A DNA stretch of 64,000 bases from Takakia lepidozioides (Eukaryota; Plantae; Bryophyta), in assembly GCA_030704615.1 (NCBI GenBank), contig CM060731.1, positions 23,436,001-23,500,000 on the forward strand. The letters run 5' to 3'. Position numbers and translations under genes: made by a program. Under the pieces are notes generated by a model, which was not told where the DNA came from, ran no database searches, and saw only the letters and a list, made by a program, of their open reading frames with translations. Each line of letters starts with the position of its first letter. The stretch's first letter is position 1. Below are positions 1 to 10,959 of the stretch, piece after piece.

Positions 1-84
1 CTGGGCAACTAGGAGGGAAGGTATTCTCATCAACGGGTCTCCCGCAGCGGAGGGGGACATAAGGAGAGTGTACTTCGTGGAGGG

Positions 85-3000
85 ATGGACGTGGGAAGCA
101 TTAACAGCTGGGGGAAGGTGGACGAGTGGCTGGTCTGGGCTAGCGCGCTCTGCTGCCACCCCGCAGCTGTTGCTTTGCAGATCAAGGTACTTATTATCAA
201 TGTTGAGGTACATTTGGGGGTGTTAGAACTCGCCAGTAGCAACAATGGTCTGTGGGCTTGCGCATTTTGTGCCTGAATCAAGGTATCGAGTGTATGTGAG
301 TAATCCATGGATCAATCTGAAGGAATGTTGAGCGTCCCTGTTGCGCGGGTGATAATGGCAGGTCACACCCCTGAGCATTTGGCCTAAGGAACTGATTTGT
401 ATGCATCTGAAGCAATCCAATTGACTCTTGCGAGTGTCGTGTTTGATGTACAGGGCTGTGTCATATACTTGGCACTTGCAGCTGGCTGGGCCTACAACTC
501 AATTATACGGTGCTCCTCTCACCCTTCCTCCAAAATTCTAAATGTTTCTCTTGCAACTGCCAATTGTCCTTTCTTCGTCACATGTAAGGCGAGGTTATCT
601 GCATGTCTCACATGAGCTCCATTCAGATGGACTGTACGTGAACGACGTCTAAGGCCTGATCTGTGTTGGGGCTGCTCTGATCTTCCTTGCCTTCGGTTTA
701 GGGCCCAGGAACTGCGTCGAATACGTGAAGGAGAAGAAGCAGGAAACACTCTTGCTTTCTTGTATCCCAATGTGAATGACCTCGAACATTCTGCTCAAGA
801 GAAGCTGCCTCGCGTGTCAGTCGTGATGCCGGTAAAAGGAGTCGGGGAACACAATCTTAGCAATTGGCAGAGCCAGGTTTGTATTTCCATTGGAGCCCTC
901 TTTTGCATGTTGTCTCCTTCCCCTGTTTGTATTGTAGCTGCCGGTTTTCCAAACCCCACAAGAGGGAAGATGTTGAAAGCCTTGTAGTAAGGCAAATGTG
1001 GGTACCTACTGTCGGACGGTGCCTAAATTTCAGCATGTTTGTGGCACACATATAGCGGAATGTTATTATTGCCTGAGACATCAGTAGTCCATTCAAGAAC
1101 CTCAGATGGGGGACATTGTTAGATTGGATTGTCCCTGTAAGGCTACTTTTTGAAGAGCTCAAGCTTGGAGCTGGATTGACAGGTGCTCTCTATGTATGGA
1201 GGACCACTGGAGTTCATATTTGTGATGGAGAGTATGGATGATCCTGCTTACAACGCCATCTCCCAGTTGATGCTTGAACTTAAGGTCTCTCTCTCAACGC
1301 AGCGACCGGTCTATTGAGTGCAACCTCTTCATTTGTATCTGTGTATAGATAGTAATGCAGATGTGAATTATCAATGACTGCAGGGACAGGTGCATGCAAG
1401 GGTGCTGGTTGCTGGCTATTCAACAACGTGCAGCCAGAAAATTCACAACCAGCTTGTTTGTTCCTCCCAATCTTTATTTCAGTTTATTTGTTCAACGACT
1501 AACATTACCTCTTGCATCATTGTTAGAAAGATTTCAGAACACCTGAAAGCTGCCCTTGTTCTTGAAAAGGTTGCAGAATAAGCAAGTCCAAGCATGCCCT
1601 TGGACCCATCATCCAGCTCAGAATATTCATTGTGCCACAAGCAATAAAGTCAGCATTTTCACTTTTCAGAGAAGAAATCCAAGGGAAAGCCTTGGTCAAT
1701 AGTAGTAGTAAAGCTCCTATCAGAAAGCATTGAGGTCTGTTCTGGTTGATTCAACAATGTTGGTGGACACCACTTGAACCAAAATAGAGTCCCTAGGGTT
1801 CATTTTGTGAAAGCTTAGAAAAATCTTTCCCAGTTGCGCATTAGTGCTGCACTCTATGGCAGGACACTCCCTTGAGCTAGTACCACTTCCTAGTTGGGTT
1901 TGTGAGTGATCACTGTTTGACTGCTGGCAGTGTGCTGCTCCTGGTCAGACTGACAGTAAGCAGGAGAAGAATGGGTAGGAATTCCTACTACAAGGTGGAA
2001 CAGCCAGTTTGGTATATGTCTGCTATGTGGTACCAAACTGGGGGTTCCTATCTGCTCGTTTAAAGTGATGAATAAATCATTGCAAGCATCCATGCATGTG
2101 GAGGGAGGCCTGATAAGCAGGTGGGAACTTGATAGGCAGGTGTGGATGCCATGCACAAGGATAGCAAGTATGTCTTCTTCTTGGACGATGACGTGCAGCT
2201 TTCTCCTGGCACTATTGGTGCCCTTGTTGCGCACATGGAAAAGCATCCTGAGGTACTGGCAATCCTATCGTCCCGGAGGCTCCATCTCGAGTGATCCTTG
2301 TTTTTGCCTCCTTGCCCTTCTGTGTACTTTGCTATTCTCTCTTGCAAAATGTGCGCCTAATTATCTGGTCAGCCCTTTTCAGGGTAGTGACATATTACTG
2401 AGTTTTGATGAGCTTGTTTGCAGATATTTGTGTTGACAGGGTATCCTTTCGATATTCCTTCAGGGAGCCTTGGAAGCTATTGCATTTATGAGTATCATTT
2501 GGTACAACTTCTTCCTCTACACAACTCATTGCCAGCGCAAGTGAATCATAAGTTTCTTTATCTTTCTCTGTTCGCCTTGTTGAAACTTTAGATGAATTGT
2601 ATTGGAAGAGAGCCAAAATCAATAGGAGGAGATTCTACCAACTTCCAATTTCCTACTTTCTCTACCTCTGTCGTTTTCCTTCCTTCTGTGAGCCAACTGT
2701 ATGATATTTGCTTTTTCTTTGATAAGACGTTGATTTGCTGCAGCCCTGCTCGATAGGTTTTGCCACAGGTGGACGTGGGCGGACATTTTTCCTGTGGGGT
2801 GGGTGTATGATGGTACGTCCCCTAAGTGATTTATGTTTCATGTGACTTTCTGTTAAGGCCACTTTGATCCCACATTTTTGTTACTCTGGTGCATATTACA
2901 ACATGCTGGTCAGATCTTGGCAGCAAAAGACTGAATTCTGTCTGAGCGGTCTTTTGCATCTGCTTTGGTGGGGGTTGGAGGTTGTGGGGGTGTTTTTGCG

Positions 3001-5624
3001 GAGGGAGAGGTAAGAAGCAAGTCTAAAGGGATTATTGAGAGTCTGAAGTATGGATTTGGCTGAGGGCGGCAGTAAGTGAAGGGAGAGATGGGACGTGGTC
3101 ATGTAGATGCATGCAGAAGACTTCAGGACAGATCGATATGGCATGGTCACAGGCTTGCGCGAGGGTGGCTACTCTGATGATATGACTCTTGCTGCTGTTG
3201 CCGGTATTTCTATCCCCAGATGAGACCGTCCTCTTTGACCTTTGCACCACCACCCCATATAGTGGTGAACAAGACTAGCAAATGGGAGCGTGTTTGCTGT
3301 GAGAGGGCTATGGTATTTCCAAATTGAGATGCATCTAGCAGAGAGGGTATAAATGCTCAGGCAGGGTTCAGTTACCCCAATTTGAACAGAACAGAGGGTT
3401 GAAATGTGGCAGGGGCAAATGGACGAATGATCAGCTCTCCTGAAAGGGCCGTCTTCTTTCACCCGCTTGCCAAGGACTTGAGTTTCTCGAGGTATGCTGC
3501 TTCCTGCTGGAGCTTTGTAGCACATCTCGAAAGGGACTCAGATTTCTACATGGAGGCTGATTGAGAGCTGGCTAAGGGAATGGGGATGTTGTGGAAGCAA
3601 GTTCTCTATCTTAATTCAAGGTTTAACTGAGTGAGTGTGGACAAATAAATGTGAATCTGATTTTATGTGTATTATAGCAAAGGAGCAAGCAGGAAGCCTG
3701 CGTAGTCCAAGTAATGAGGCGTACTTCTTGCATCTTCTTGCAACTTGTCTCGTGAAAAATCTCATGTGTTTCCCTCATCTTGTCTTTCATCTTCTGAAGT
3801 CACCCTGTGCTCGTTATTCGTATTTATGTCAGGTATTGCAACTATTTGCAGAAGCAGACAATAGTGCTGGAGACTTACAACACGAATTTCAACTACTGGA
3901 TGAATCGTGCTCTGTTCTTTGTGCATTGTTGGCTTTCCTGGAGCTTTGTTTTTCCCTATATCACTACCCTCGTCCACCTTATTGTTGCACTTCGTGTATT
4001 CCTGGGGACTTCTTCGATCAGTTTTCCATCATGCACCACTGGTCTGCTTCTTATCCCTGTCTTTTGCTGTTGTTCGTTCTCTCACTCTGTGTCGTTTTCT
4101 ATTCACCACCAACTGTTTGTCTGATTAGTCCAAAAGTTTCATGTCTTCCACTATGAGGATCAGAAATGCTTGGCAGCTTACCTACACGAGGCCTTCACCC
4201 TTAGACAATCACTCGAGCAATAGTTTTTATTTTTGGCTCTGGTTTTGTTTCCTCTCTCTTGTTTTCTTCCATTTTGTCCCATAAGCTCTATGAGCTTTCT
4301 GCGGACGTTATAAAGCACCATTTCATTTCATTTCATTTCATTTCCTTTTTCCAACTTCTGTCTCCCAAGGATTTCCAGTAGTTCCTCCTTAAGAGTCTCA
4401 TAATGGTGTTCCGAAATGAAAGGTGTGTCCATCAATAGAGGGTCCTGCTCTTTATGAGGGGGAAACTGGGATGGAAGAAGTTTCAGGTCTTCTCTTTCAG
4501 CTTATCACAGGAAAGGGGATGACTGCACACAGACACGCTACTGGTAGAAACCATAGAGTGACTGAGAATCGTGTGTGGTCATGCAGGTCTGATGTTGGCA
4601 GTGTGTGTAGTCGGGTGCACTCTGATTGAGTTAAGCTCCATGCGTCACCTGTCCAAAGTCGTGATAGAGTTGTGCAACACTCTGTCTCCAGAAATGCCAC
4701 CTGTCTCCATCCGCTCCTACAATTATTTTATGGTCCGCCATCATCCCTTCCTATCCTTTGCAGTAGCTTTTTGGATTGGGTTTGCAAAGACGGGGCGCTG
4801 TAAGCACCTTCATGTAACTATTGTCACATTCCTGTTGGAGTGCACATGCAGCGAGTGACCTATGTGGAATGTAAGCCATCATGGGGTGTACTTTTGAAGA
4901 CATGAATGTCAATCAGCATTTCCCAATCTAAGCCTCCTCATTGGAAGTTTGTACAGGAGCTAACTACCACTATCATTTGTGGATTCGTTTCAGAATGCAA
5001 TCCCACAGGTGGACAGTACTTCAAGGACTTCGGCTATTTCTATAAGGCTCCCAATGTGCTCTCCCTCTTGTGGACAGTATTTTTAGAACTTCGGACCTTG
5101 CAATAGGCTCCCAATCAGCACGCTTAATCATAGAAACTGTGGTAATAGCATGGATGGGAGTGTCACTTCCACTGACTTGGAGTAAATGTGGATCATGCAG
5201 GTGTTTATTGCAACAGTAGTGGACAATTTTTTGTACCCAGTGTCAGCCCTTTATTCCCACATTTTCCAGCACATTGAGTGGGCAGGGGTGCAATACTATC
5301 TGCAAAATGGAAAGATCCGTCAGGTAACTGCATTCGACTTGCCAGTGTTGTTCTTGGAGGTTCTGGATTAATATCCTTATTCAAGCTAGGATGTGCAATG
5401 TTGAATCTGTCAAACCAGTTTTGTGTTCACCAAATGTAGTTCATAAGAGCCTGGTTGGAATGCAGATCCAGCGAGGGAAGCAACGATGGAGGATTTTTGA
5501 AGCACCGAAGATAGGCTGGAGTACAGAACTAGTTGAGAACGAGTCTGCAAGCAAAGTCCCCTTTTGGACCTTGGTTGCCGACACATTCATGCACCATCAA
5601 ACTGGATTGAAAAAGGCAAACTAG
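85..5624 (+). CDS. GCS: Ceramide glucosyltransferase / glucosylceramide synthase (GT21), 14 exons
   Basis: Exons read manually with GT-AG boundaries: 85-186, 454-509, 702-876, 1183-1284, 1384-1455, 2136-2252, 2424-2501, 2744-2812, 3107-3203, 3413-3491, 3833-4041, 4587-4732, 5201-5323, 5466-5624. Peptides LPRVSVVMPVKG, YGGPLEFIFV, TTCSQKIHNQL, YVFFLDDDV, FFLWGGCMMMHAEDF, GGYSDDMTLA and VDNFLYPVSA match plant GCS. Confidence 0.92.
4170..4345 (+). mobile_element. Short retroposon 3'-end fragment with (ATTTC)n tail in a GCS intron
   Basis: Ends in CGTTATAAAGCACCATTT(CATTT)n; the same terminal motif recurs at about 56776-56820 in an ERO1 intron. Left boundary is approximate. Confidence 0.4.
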
Positions 5625-6782
5625 GCATGACCCAGCAGGTTGTGCATGGTAAGACATTTTGCATTGGATTAATGCACGGTCACCACTTGGCCACCTCTTG
5701 TATCTCCTTCGATTTGTAGAGGAGTTTTCATGCTCTCTCTCTCTGGACTTACAGGTGATTAGCACCTTCATTCTTTCTGAGATTTTAGTTCCTTCCAAGC
5801 ATAGAACATTTTGTTCTTGCGCAGTCATCCAGATGTAAATTTCGGCAGTGGACTTATTTCTCTCGACCAATTTGTGGCAAGATTGCAAGTTTAGTAATAT
5901 GTTTGATTGTGGAAGGGGCACCGTCAAAAGCTTGTCAATGCCTTGATTTCATATTTGAAGAGGATACATAAACAGTTTCCGCAAGGCATGCCAGGCAAGT
6001 AGAAAATACTCAAGTTCCAGAGTTGTAGTTTTGCACCAGAAAACTTTCAATGAAAGAAATCCCAAGAGAGCGGACGACTGGGTGGATAAGAGTGGGTGGA
6101 TAAGAGTGAACACTTGAAATTGTTTTGGAAGCAAATTCTCTCTAAGGTAAACCTTGTGAGCACAGATCACAGAACTTTTTCTTAAAATGAAAGGAAACCT
6201 GGGGGCGACAGCTCAGAATTCAGGCACTTACCAGAGGTATTGTATATATTGTACCCAGGTACCATGCAGGGAAGGCTAAAAATCTGACTAAGAATCCATA
6301 AAGAGTATTAGGTAGACATCAAGACCTCTTTGAAGTCGAAGAAAGTGCTAGGTGTCCTCATTGCCAGTTGGGCTTTCTCTTGGCTTGCTACACTCTTGTA
6401 GCTGGCTGTCTTTGTCTGTTAGGTATACTATACTCTGCTCTCGGTTCTGCTTTTGATGGAGCAGCTCTTTTTTCTGTGGTGTCTAAGTCGAGGGCGACCT
6501 GCGGCTGTTGGGTCGGTCTTTTTGTACTTCCACAAGGCCATCTGTCCCCGGCCGGTGGGTCCTTAGATATGAGCGTTTAGCCGCTGGTCGCTGGTTTACT
6601 CTCGGCATTTTCTTTTCTTGGGACTGGGTGTTGTTTTGTAGCTTCTGTCTGTCCTTTGTCCCTGCTCCCCAACTCTCTGTGTTAGCTGCTGTACATGCTC
6701 GATGTTGTCCTCGGTGGATCTTAGTCTAAGTAAGCTTGCCCATGTGGGTCTGACGGGGTAGTAATTCCGAGAAGGTGCAACC

Positions 6783-9700
6783 ATGGCAGAGCGTACAATA
6801 CGCATTGTACGCATGGCATTCTCCACATATTCCCGTGGAACCTCGGAGTGCCCTTACAAGCCTCCCCCAGGCTACTCTGCTTGCAAGACTAGCCTTGTTC
6901 TGAGAACTTCAAAAACGTGTGGGCTGTGCACACTGTATGGGACCCATGTGCAATTTCGGAACCTCAGTGCATTGACAGTTGCTCCAAATCAGTTTATCCC
7001 GATTTCGGAGCAGTGGAGGCAACTAGAAGAGGACCATATTCATGTTAAGGGAAATGAGCAGGCAGGCCGCATACCTCAACATCCAGAAAGCCAAACTACT
7101 GACACGGATAGGCATTGGAGCGAATATTGTGCAGACCCCAGTGAATGGTGGGACAATCGAGGCAGAAAGAATTATCCTGGAGAAGCAGATTTCAAGCACA
7201 AGGGGACCAACTGGGGACTATGGATTGATAGCTACAAGAAACCCCCATGCGTGGATGGTGAATTGGATGCAGCTGGGGCCAGCTTTAAAAAAGTCGAAAT
7301 CGAAGATAAAGAGAAGCGTGGGAAGGACTATTTTCCAAGCGCCAATCACTGGTGGGAAATTCGAGGCAGAAAGATCCATCATACAGGAAAAGCTCTCATG
7401 CGCAAATCTACGAACGATGGGCTATGTATTGATAGCTACAGGAAACGTGTATGGGTAGATGGTCAACTGAAATCAGCCGCAACAGAATTGTGTAAGTCAG
7501 GCACCCCCACCATGCCGAACTCTCTTGAAAGATGTGAGGATATAAGGTCACTATGTAAAGTAGGAAAACTGAAAGAAGCGCTGCAAATTTTGAAGCAAGG
7601 AAGCATTTTGGCAGACTCAAAGACTTATGTCTGTCTCTTGCAGGAATGCACCAAGATGAAATGCTTAGCAGAGGGAAAGCAAGTGCATGCCCACATTATC
7701 CAAAGTGGATTCAAGCCTGACATCTTTCTACACAACAGCCTCGTCAACATGCATGCAAAGTGCGGGAGCATTGTCGATGCACGCCTAGTGTTTAACGAAA
7801 TGTCTGAAAGAGGTTTGGCCACCTGGAATCTAATGATGGCAGGATATGCCAAGAAGGGACATTGTAGGGACGTAGTCAACACCTATACGCAAATGATGCA
7901 GGAAGGGGTGACACCCAACCAGACCACTTTCATTTTCGTTCTCAAGGCGTGTGCCAACCTCGCAGATCTGGGAAAGGGCAAAGACATCCATGCTCACATC
8001 GTGAAAACTGGAATTGTGCCAAATATCATCTTGGACACTACCCTCGTCAACATGTATGCCAAATGCGGGAGTATCAACGATGCCAAGGGAGTGTTCCACA
8101 ACATGCCTGAACGAGATGTGGTGTCATGGGGTGCAATGATCGCAGGATATACCCAGCATGGGTTTGGAATGCAGGCTTTGGAGACCTATAAGCAAATGAA
8201 GCGAGAAGGGGTGAAGCCCGACCAGGTGACATTTGTTAGCGTTTGCAATGCATGTGCCAGCCTTGCAGCCCAGGAAAAGGGCAAAGAGGTCCATGTTGAC
8301 ATCTTGAAAGCTGGAATTGTGCCAAATGTCATATTGGGCACTACCCTGGTGGACATGTATGCCAAATGTGGGAGCATCAATGATGCAAAGGCAGTGTTTG
8401 AAAATATGACTGAACGAAATGCGGTTTCGTGGAATGCAATGATCTCAGGATATGCCCAGCATGGGTGTGGTATTGAAGCTTTGGAGACCTATGAGCAAAT
8501 GAAGCGGGAAGGAGTGAAGCCTGACCAGGCCACGTTTGTTTCTGTTTGCAATGCGTGTGCCAGACTAGCAGCCCTGGAAAAAGGAAAAGAGGTCCATGAT
8601 GACATTGTGCGAGCTGGAATCGTGCCAAACATCATTTTGGACACAACCCTAGTGGACATGTATGCCAAATGTGGGAGCGTCAACAATGCCAAGAGAGTGT
8701 TTGACAATATGCGCAGGCGAGATGTGGTGTCATGGGGTGCAATGATCGCAGCTTATGCCCAGCATGGGTGTGGGGTGGAGGCTTTGGAAATATATGAGCA
8801 AATGATGCAGGAAGGGGTGACACCCAACCAGGTCACATATGTTTGCCTATGCAATGCGTGTGCAAGTCTGGCAGCCCTGGAAAAGGGCAAAGTGGTCCAT
8901 GTTGACATTCAGAATGCTGGAATTGTGCCAAATATCGTATTGGACACTACCCTCGTGGACATGTATGCCAAATGTGGGAGCATCAACGATGCAAAGAGAG
9001 TGTTCGACAATATGATTGAACGAAATGTGGTGTCGTGGGGTGCAATGATTGCAGGATATGTTCAGCATGGGTTTGGGGTGGAGGCTTTGGAGACCTATAA
9101 GCAAATGGTTCAAGAAGGGGTGAAGCCTGACCATGTCACATTCATTAGTATATGCAATGCGTGTGCCAACCTGGCAGCTCTGGAAAAGGCCAAAGAGGTC
9201 CATGGTGAAATCATCAAAGCTGGAATTGTACCAGATATCATCTTGGGCACTACCCTTGTGGACATGTATGCCAAATGTGGGAGCATCAATGATGCAAAGG
9301 ATGTGTTCGATAATATGGAGGAACGAAATGCGGTTTCGTGGAATGCAATGCTTGCAGGATATGCCCAGCATGGGTGTGGGATCCAGGCGCTGGAGGCATA
9401 TGAGCAAATGATGTGGGAAGGGGTGAAGCCTGACCAGGTCACATTCATTTGCGTTGCCAATGCATGTGCCAGCCTGGCAGCCCTCGATAAGGGCAAAGAG
9501 GTCCATTCTGACATCATGCAAGCTGGAATTGTGCCAAATATTGTGTTGAACAATACCCTCGTGGACATGTATGCAAAATGTAGGAGCATCGAAGATGCAA
9601 AGGGAGTCTTCGATACTATGGCTGAACGAAATGTAGTCTCATGGAATGCAATGATCGCAGGATATGCCCAGCATGGGTTTGGGATGGAGGCTCTGAACAC

Positions 9701-10358
9701 CTATGAGCAAATGGTGCGTGAAGGGATGAAGCCCGACCAAGTCACGTTTGTTTGTGTTTGTAATGCATGTGCCAACCTGGCGGCTCTGGAAAAGGGCAAA
9801 GAGGTCCATGCTGACATCATGAAAGCTGCAATTGTACCAAATGTCATTTTGGACAATACCCTCATAGACATGTATGCCAAATGCGGGAGCATCATGGATG
9901 CAAAGGGAGTGTTTGACAGTATGGCTGAATGGAATGTCGTGTCATGGAATGCTATGATCGCAGGCTATGCCCAGCATGCCTGTTGTAGGGTTTCCCTGCA
10001 ACTGTTTGAAAGAATGCAAAAAGAAGGCTTGAAACCTGACAGTGTGACCTTTGTATGTGTCCTCTCTGCATGTAGCCATGGGGGCCTAGTGGATGAAGGA
10101 AAACACTACTTCGATTCCCTCAGCCAAGAACATGGCCTCACTCCTACAGCGGAGCACTTTGGCTGCCTAGTGGACCTTCTTGGCCGGGCTGGGCGATTGG
10201 ATGAGGCAGAGGACTTCGTTGATAAAATGCCCATCAAACCGGATGTTGTAGTGTTTAAAGCCCTGCTTGGTGCTTGTAGAATTCATGGCAATGTTGAGGT
10301 GGCAGAACGTGTGGCAAAATTTATTCTCCAGCAGGATCGACAGGATGTTGCAACATAA
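6783..10358 (+). CDS. Intronless PLS-class PPR protein (1191 aa) with two N-terminal OSB-type PDF motifs; ends in E1/partial E2
   Basis: Eight L-S-P triplets of about 303 bp (MYAKCGS...VF..M.ERNVVSWNAMI.GY), then L2 (TFVCVLSACSHGGLVDEG), S2 (EHFGCLVDLLGRAG) and E1 (VVFKALLGACRIHG). The N-terminus contains WSEYCADPSEWWDNRGRKNYPGEADFKHKGTNWGLWID and a degenerate second copy, preceded by an R/S/T-rich putative transit peptide. Confidence 0.93.
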   Translation: MAERTIRIVRMAFSTYSRGTSECPYKPPPGYSACKTSLVLRTSKTCGLCTLYGTHVQFRNLSALTVAPNQFIPISEQWRQLEEDHIHVKGNEQAGRIPQHPESQTTDTDRHWSEYCADPSEWWDNRGRKNYPGEADFKHKGTNWGLWIDSYKKPPCVDGELDAAGASFKKVEIEDKEKRGKDYFPSANHWWEIRGRKIHHTGKALMRKSTNDGLCIDSYRKRVWVDGQLKSAATELCKSGTPTMPNSLERCEDIRSLCKVGKLKEALQILKQGSILADSKTYVCLLQECTKMKCLAEGKQVHAHIIQSGFKPDIFLHNSLVNMHAKCGSIVDARLVFNEMSERGLATWNLMMAGYAKKGHCRDVVNTYTQMMQEGVTPNQTTFIFVLKACANLADLGKGKDIHAHIVKTGIVPNIILDTTLVNMYAKCGSINDAKGVFHNMPERDVVSWGAMIAGYTQHGFGMQALETYKQMKREGVKPDQVTFVSVCNACASLAAQEKGKEVHVDILKAGIVPNVILGTTLVDMYAKCGSINDAKAVFENMTERNAVSWNAMISGYAQHGCGIEALETYEQMKREGVKPDQATFVSVCNACARLAALEKGKEVHDDIVRAGIVPNIILDTTLVDMYAKCGSVNNAKRVFDNMRRRDVVSWGAMIAAYAQHGCGVEALEIYEQMMQEGVTPNQVTYVCLCNACASLAALEKGKVVHVDIQNAGIVPNIVLDTTLVDMYAKCGSINDAKRVFDNMIERNVVSWGAMIAGYVQHGFGVEALETYKQMVQEGVKPDHVTFISICNACANLAALEKAKEVHGEIIKAGIVPDIILGTTLVDMYAKCGSINDAKDVFDNMEERNAVSWNAMLAGYAQHGCGIQALEAYEQMMWEGVKPDQVTFICVANACASLAALDKGKEVHSDIMQAGIVPNIVLNNTLVDMYAKCRSIEDAKGVFDTMAERNVVSWNAMIAGYAQHGFGMEALNTYEQMVREGMKPDQVTFVCVCNACANLAALEKGKEVHADIMKAAIVPNVILDNTLIDMYAKCGSIMDAKGVFDSMAEWNVVSWNAMIAGYAQHACCRVSLQLFERMQKEGLKPDSVTFVCVLSACSHGGLVDEGKHYFDSLSQEHGLTPTAEHFGCLVDLLGRAGRLDEAEDFVDKMPIKPDVVVFKALLGACRIHGNVEVAERVAKFILQQDRQDVAT

Positions 10359-10748
10359 GTGTTACTATCAAACATCTATGCCACAGCTGGCAGGTGGGAT
10401 GATTGCAAGCTGAGGGAAATGATGAATTTCGGAGGTTTCAGAAAGGAGCCAGGCTTGAGGTCAATAATGGGGTGCACACATTTGGGGTAGGTGATAAATT
10501 GTATGCACAAATTGAGGAAATCCATTCTGAGCTGGAAAGATGCAGATGAATGAAGCGGGGTACATGCCTGACACATGTTTTGTATTGCATGATGTGGAGG
10601 AGCAGCAAAAGGAAATTTCTCTTTGCTGCCACACTGAGAAGCTGGCCATTGCTTTTGGGTTGATCTGCACGGCCCCTGGGATGTCTCTGCATCTTATGAA
10701 GAACCTTTGGGTGTGTGGTGACTGCCACACAGCCACCAAGTTCATCGA
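10359..10748 (+). pseudogene. Decayed E2-DYW deaminase tail of the upstream PPR gene
   Basis: TAA replaces the Tyr of AT(Y)VLLSNIYA. Following sequence reads RKEPG / EVNNGVHTF..GD / [50 protein letters not shown] with two frameshifting deletions, and is cut before the C-terminal DYW end. Confidence 0.88.
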
Positions 10749-10959
10749 TGGAAATGACTGGGTGTGCAGTTACAATGCAGTGCATGGCGTTAGAAGCCAG
10801 CTCGCTTGGATAGGAGAGAAATCTACTTCATTCCTAGCATCATTCGGCTTCTTCGCCTCACATTTCTCTCTCTTTGGTGCATATCTTGGTCGGTCTGTGT
10901 AGGGCAGTTGGCATGCTTTACCTGTCCTCCAGTGACATAGTAGGGAGTCCAAGGTTAAA

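Noticed and set aside
3678-3765. Open frame AKEQAGSLRSPS...FLHLLAT as GCS exon 10
   Set aside because: 3413-3491 (MISSPERAVFFHPLAKDLSFSR) matches the family far better and has the correct phases.
8847-9700. Long antisense ORFs over the PPR array (also 35914-36696 over ME)
   Set aside because: Shadow ORFs from codon bias and repetition on the coding strand; no recognisable motifs.
10356-10358. The TAA stop being repaired by U-to-C RNA editing
   Set aside because: This is a nuclear gene, CAA would give Gln rather than the conserved Tyr, and downstream frameshifts would remain.
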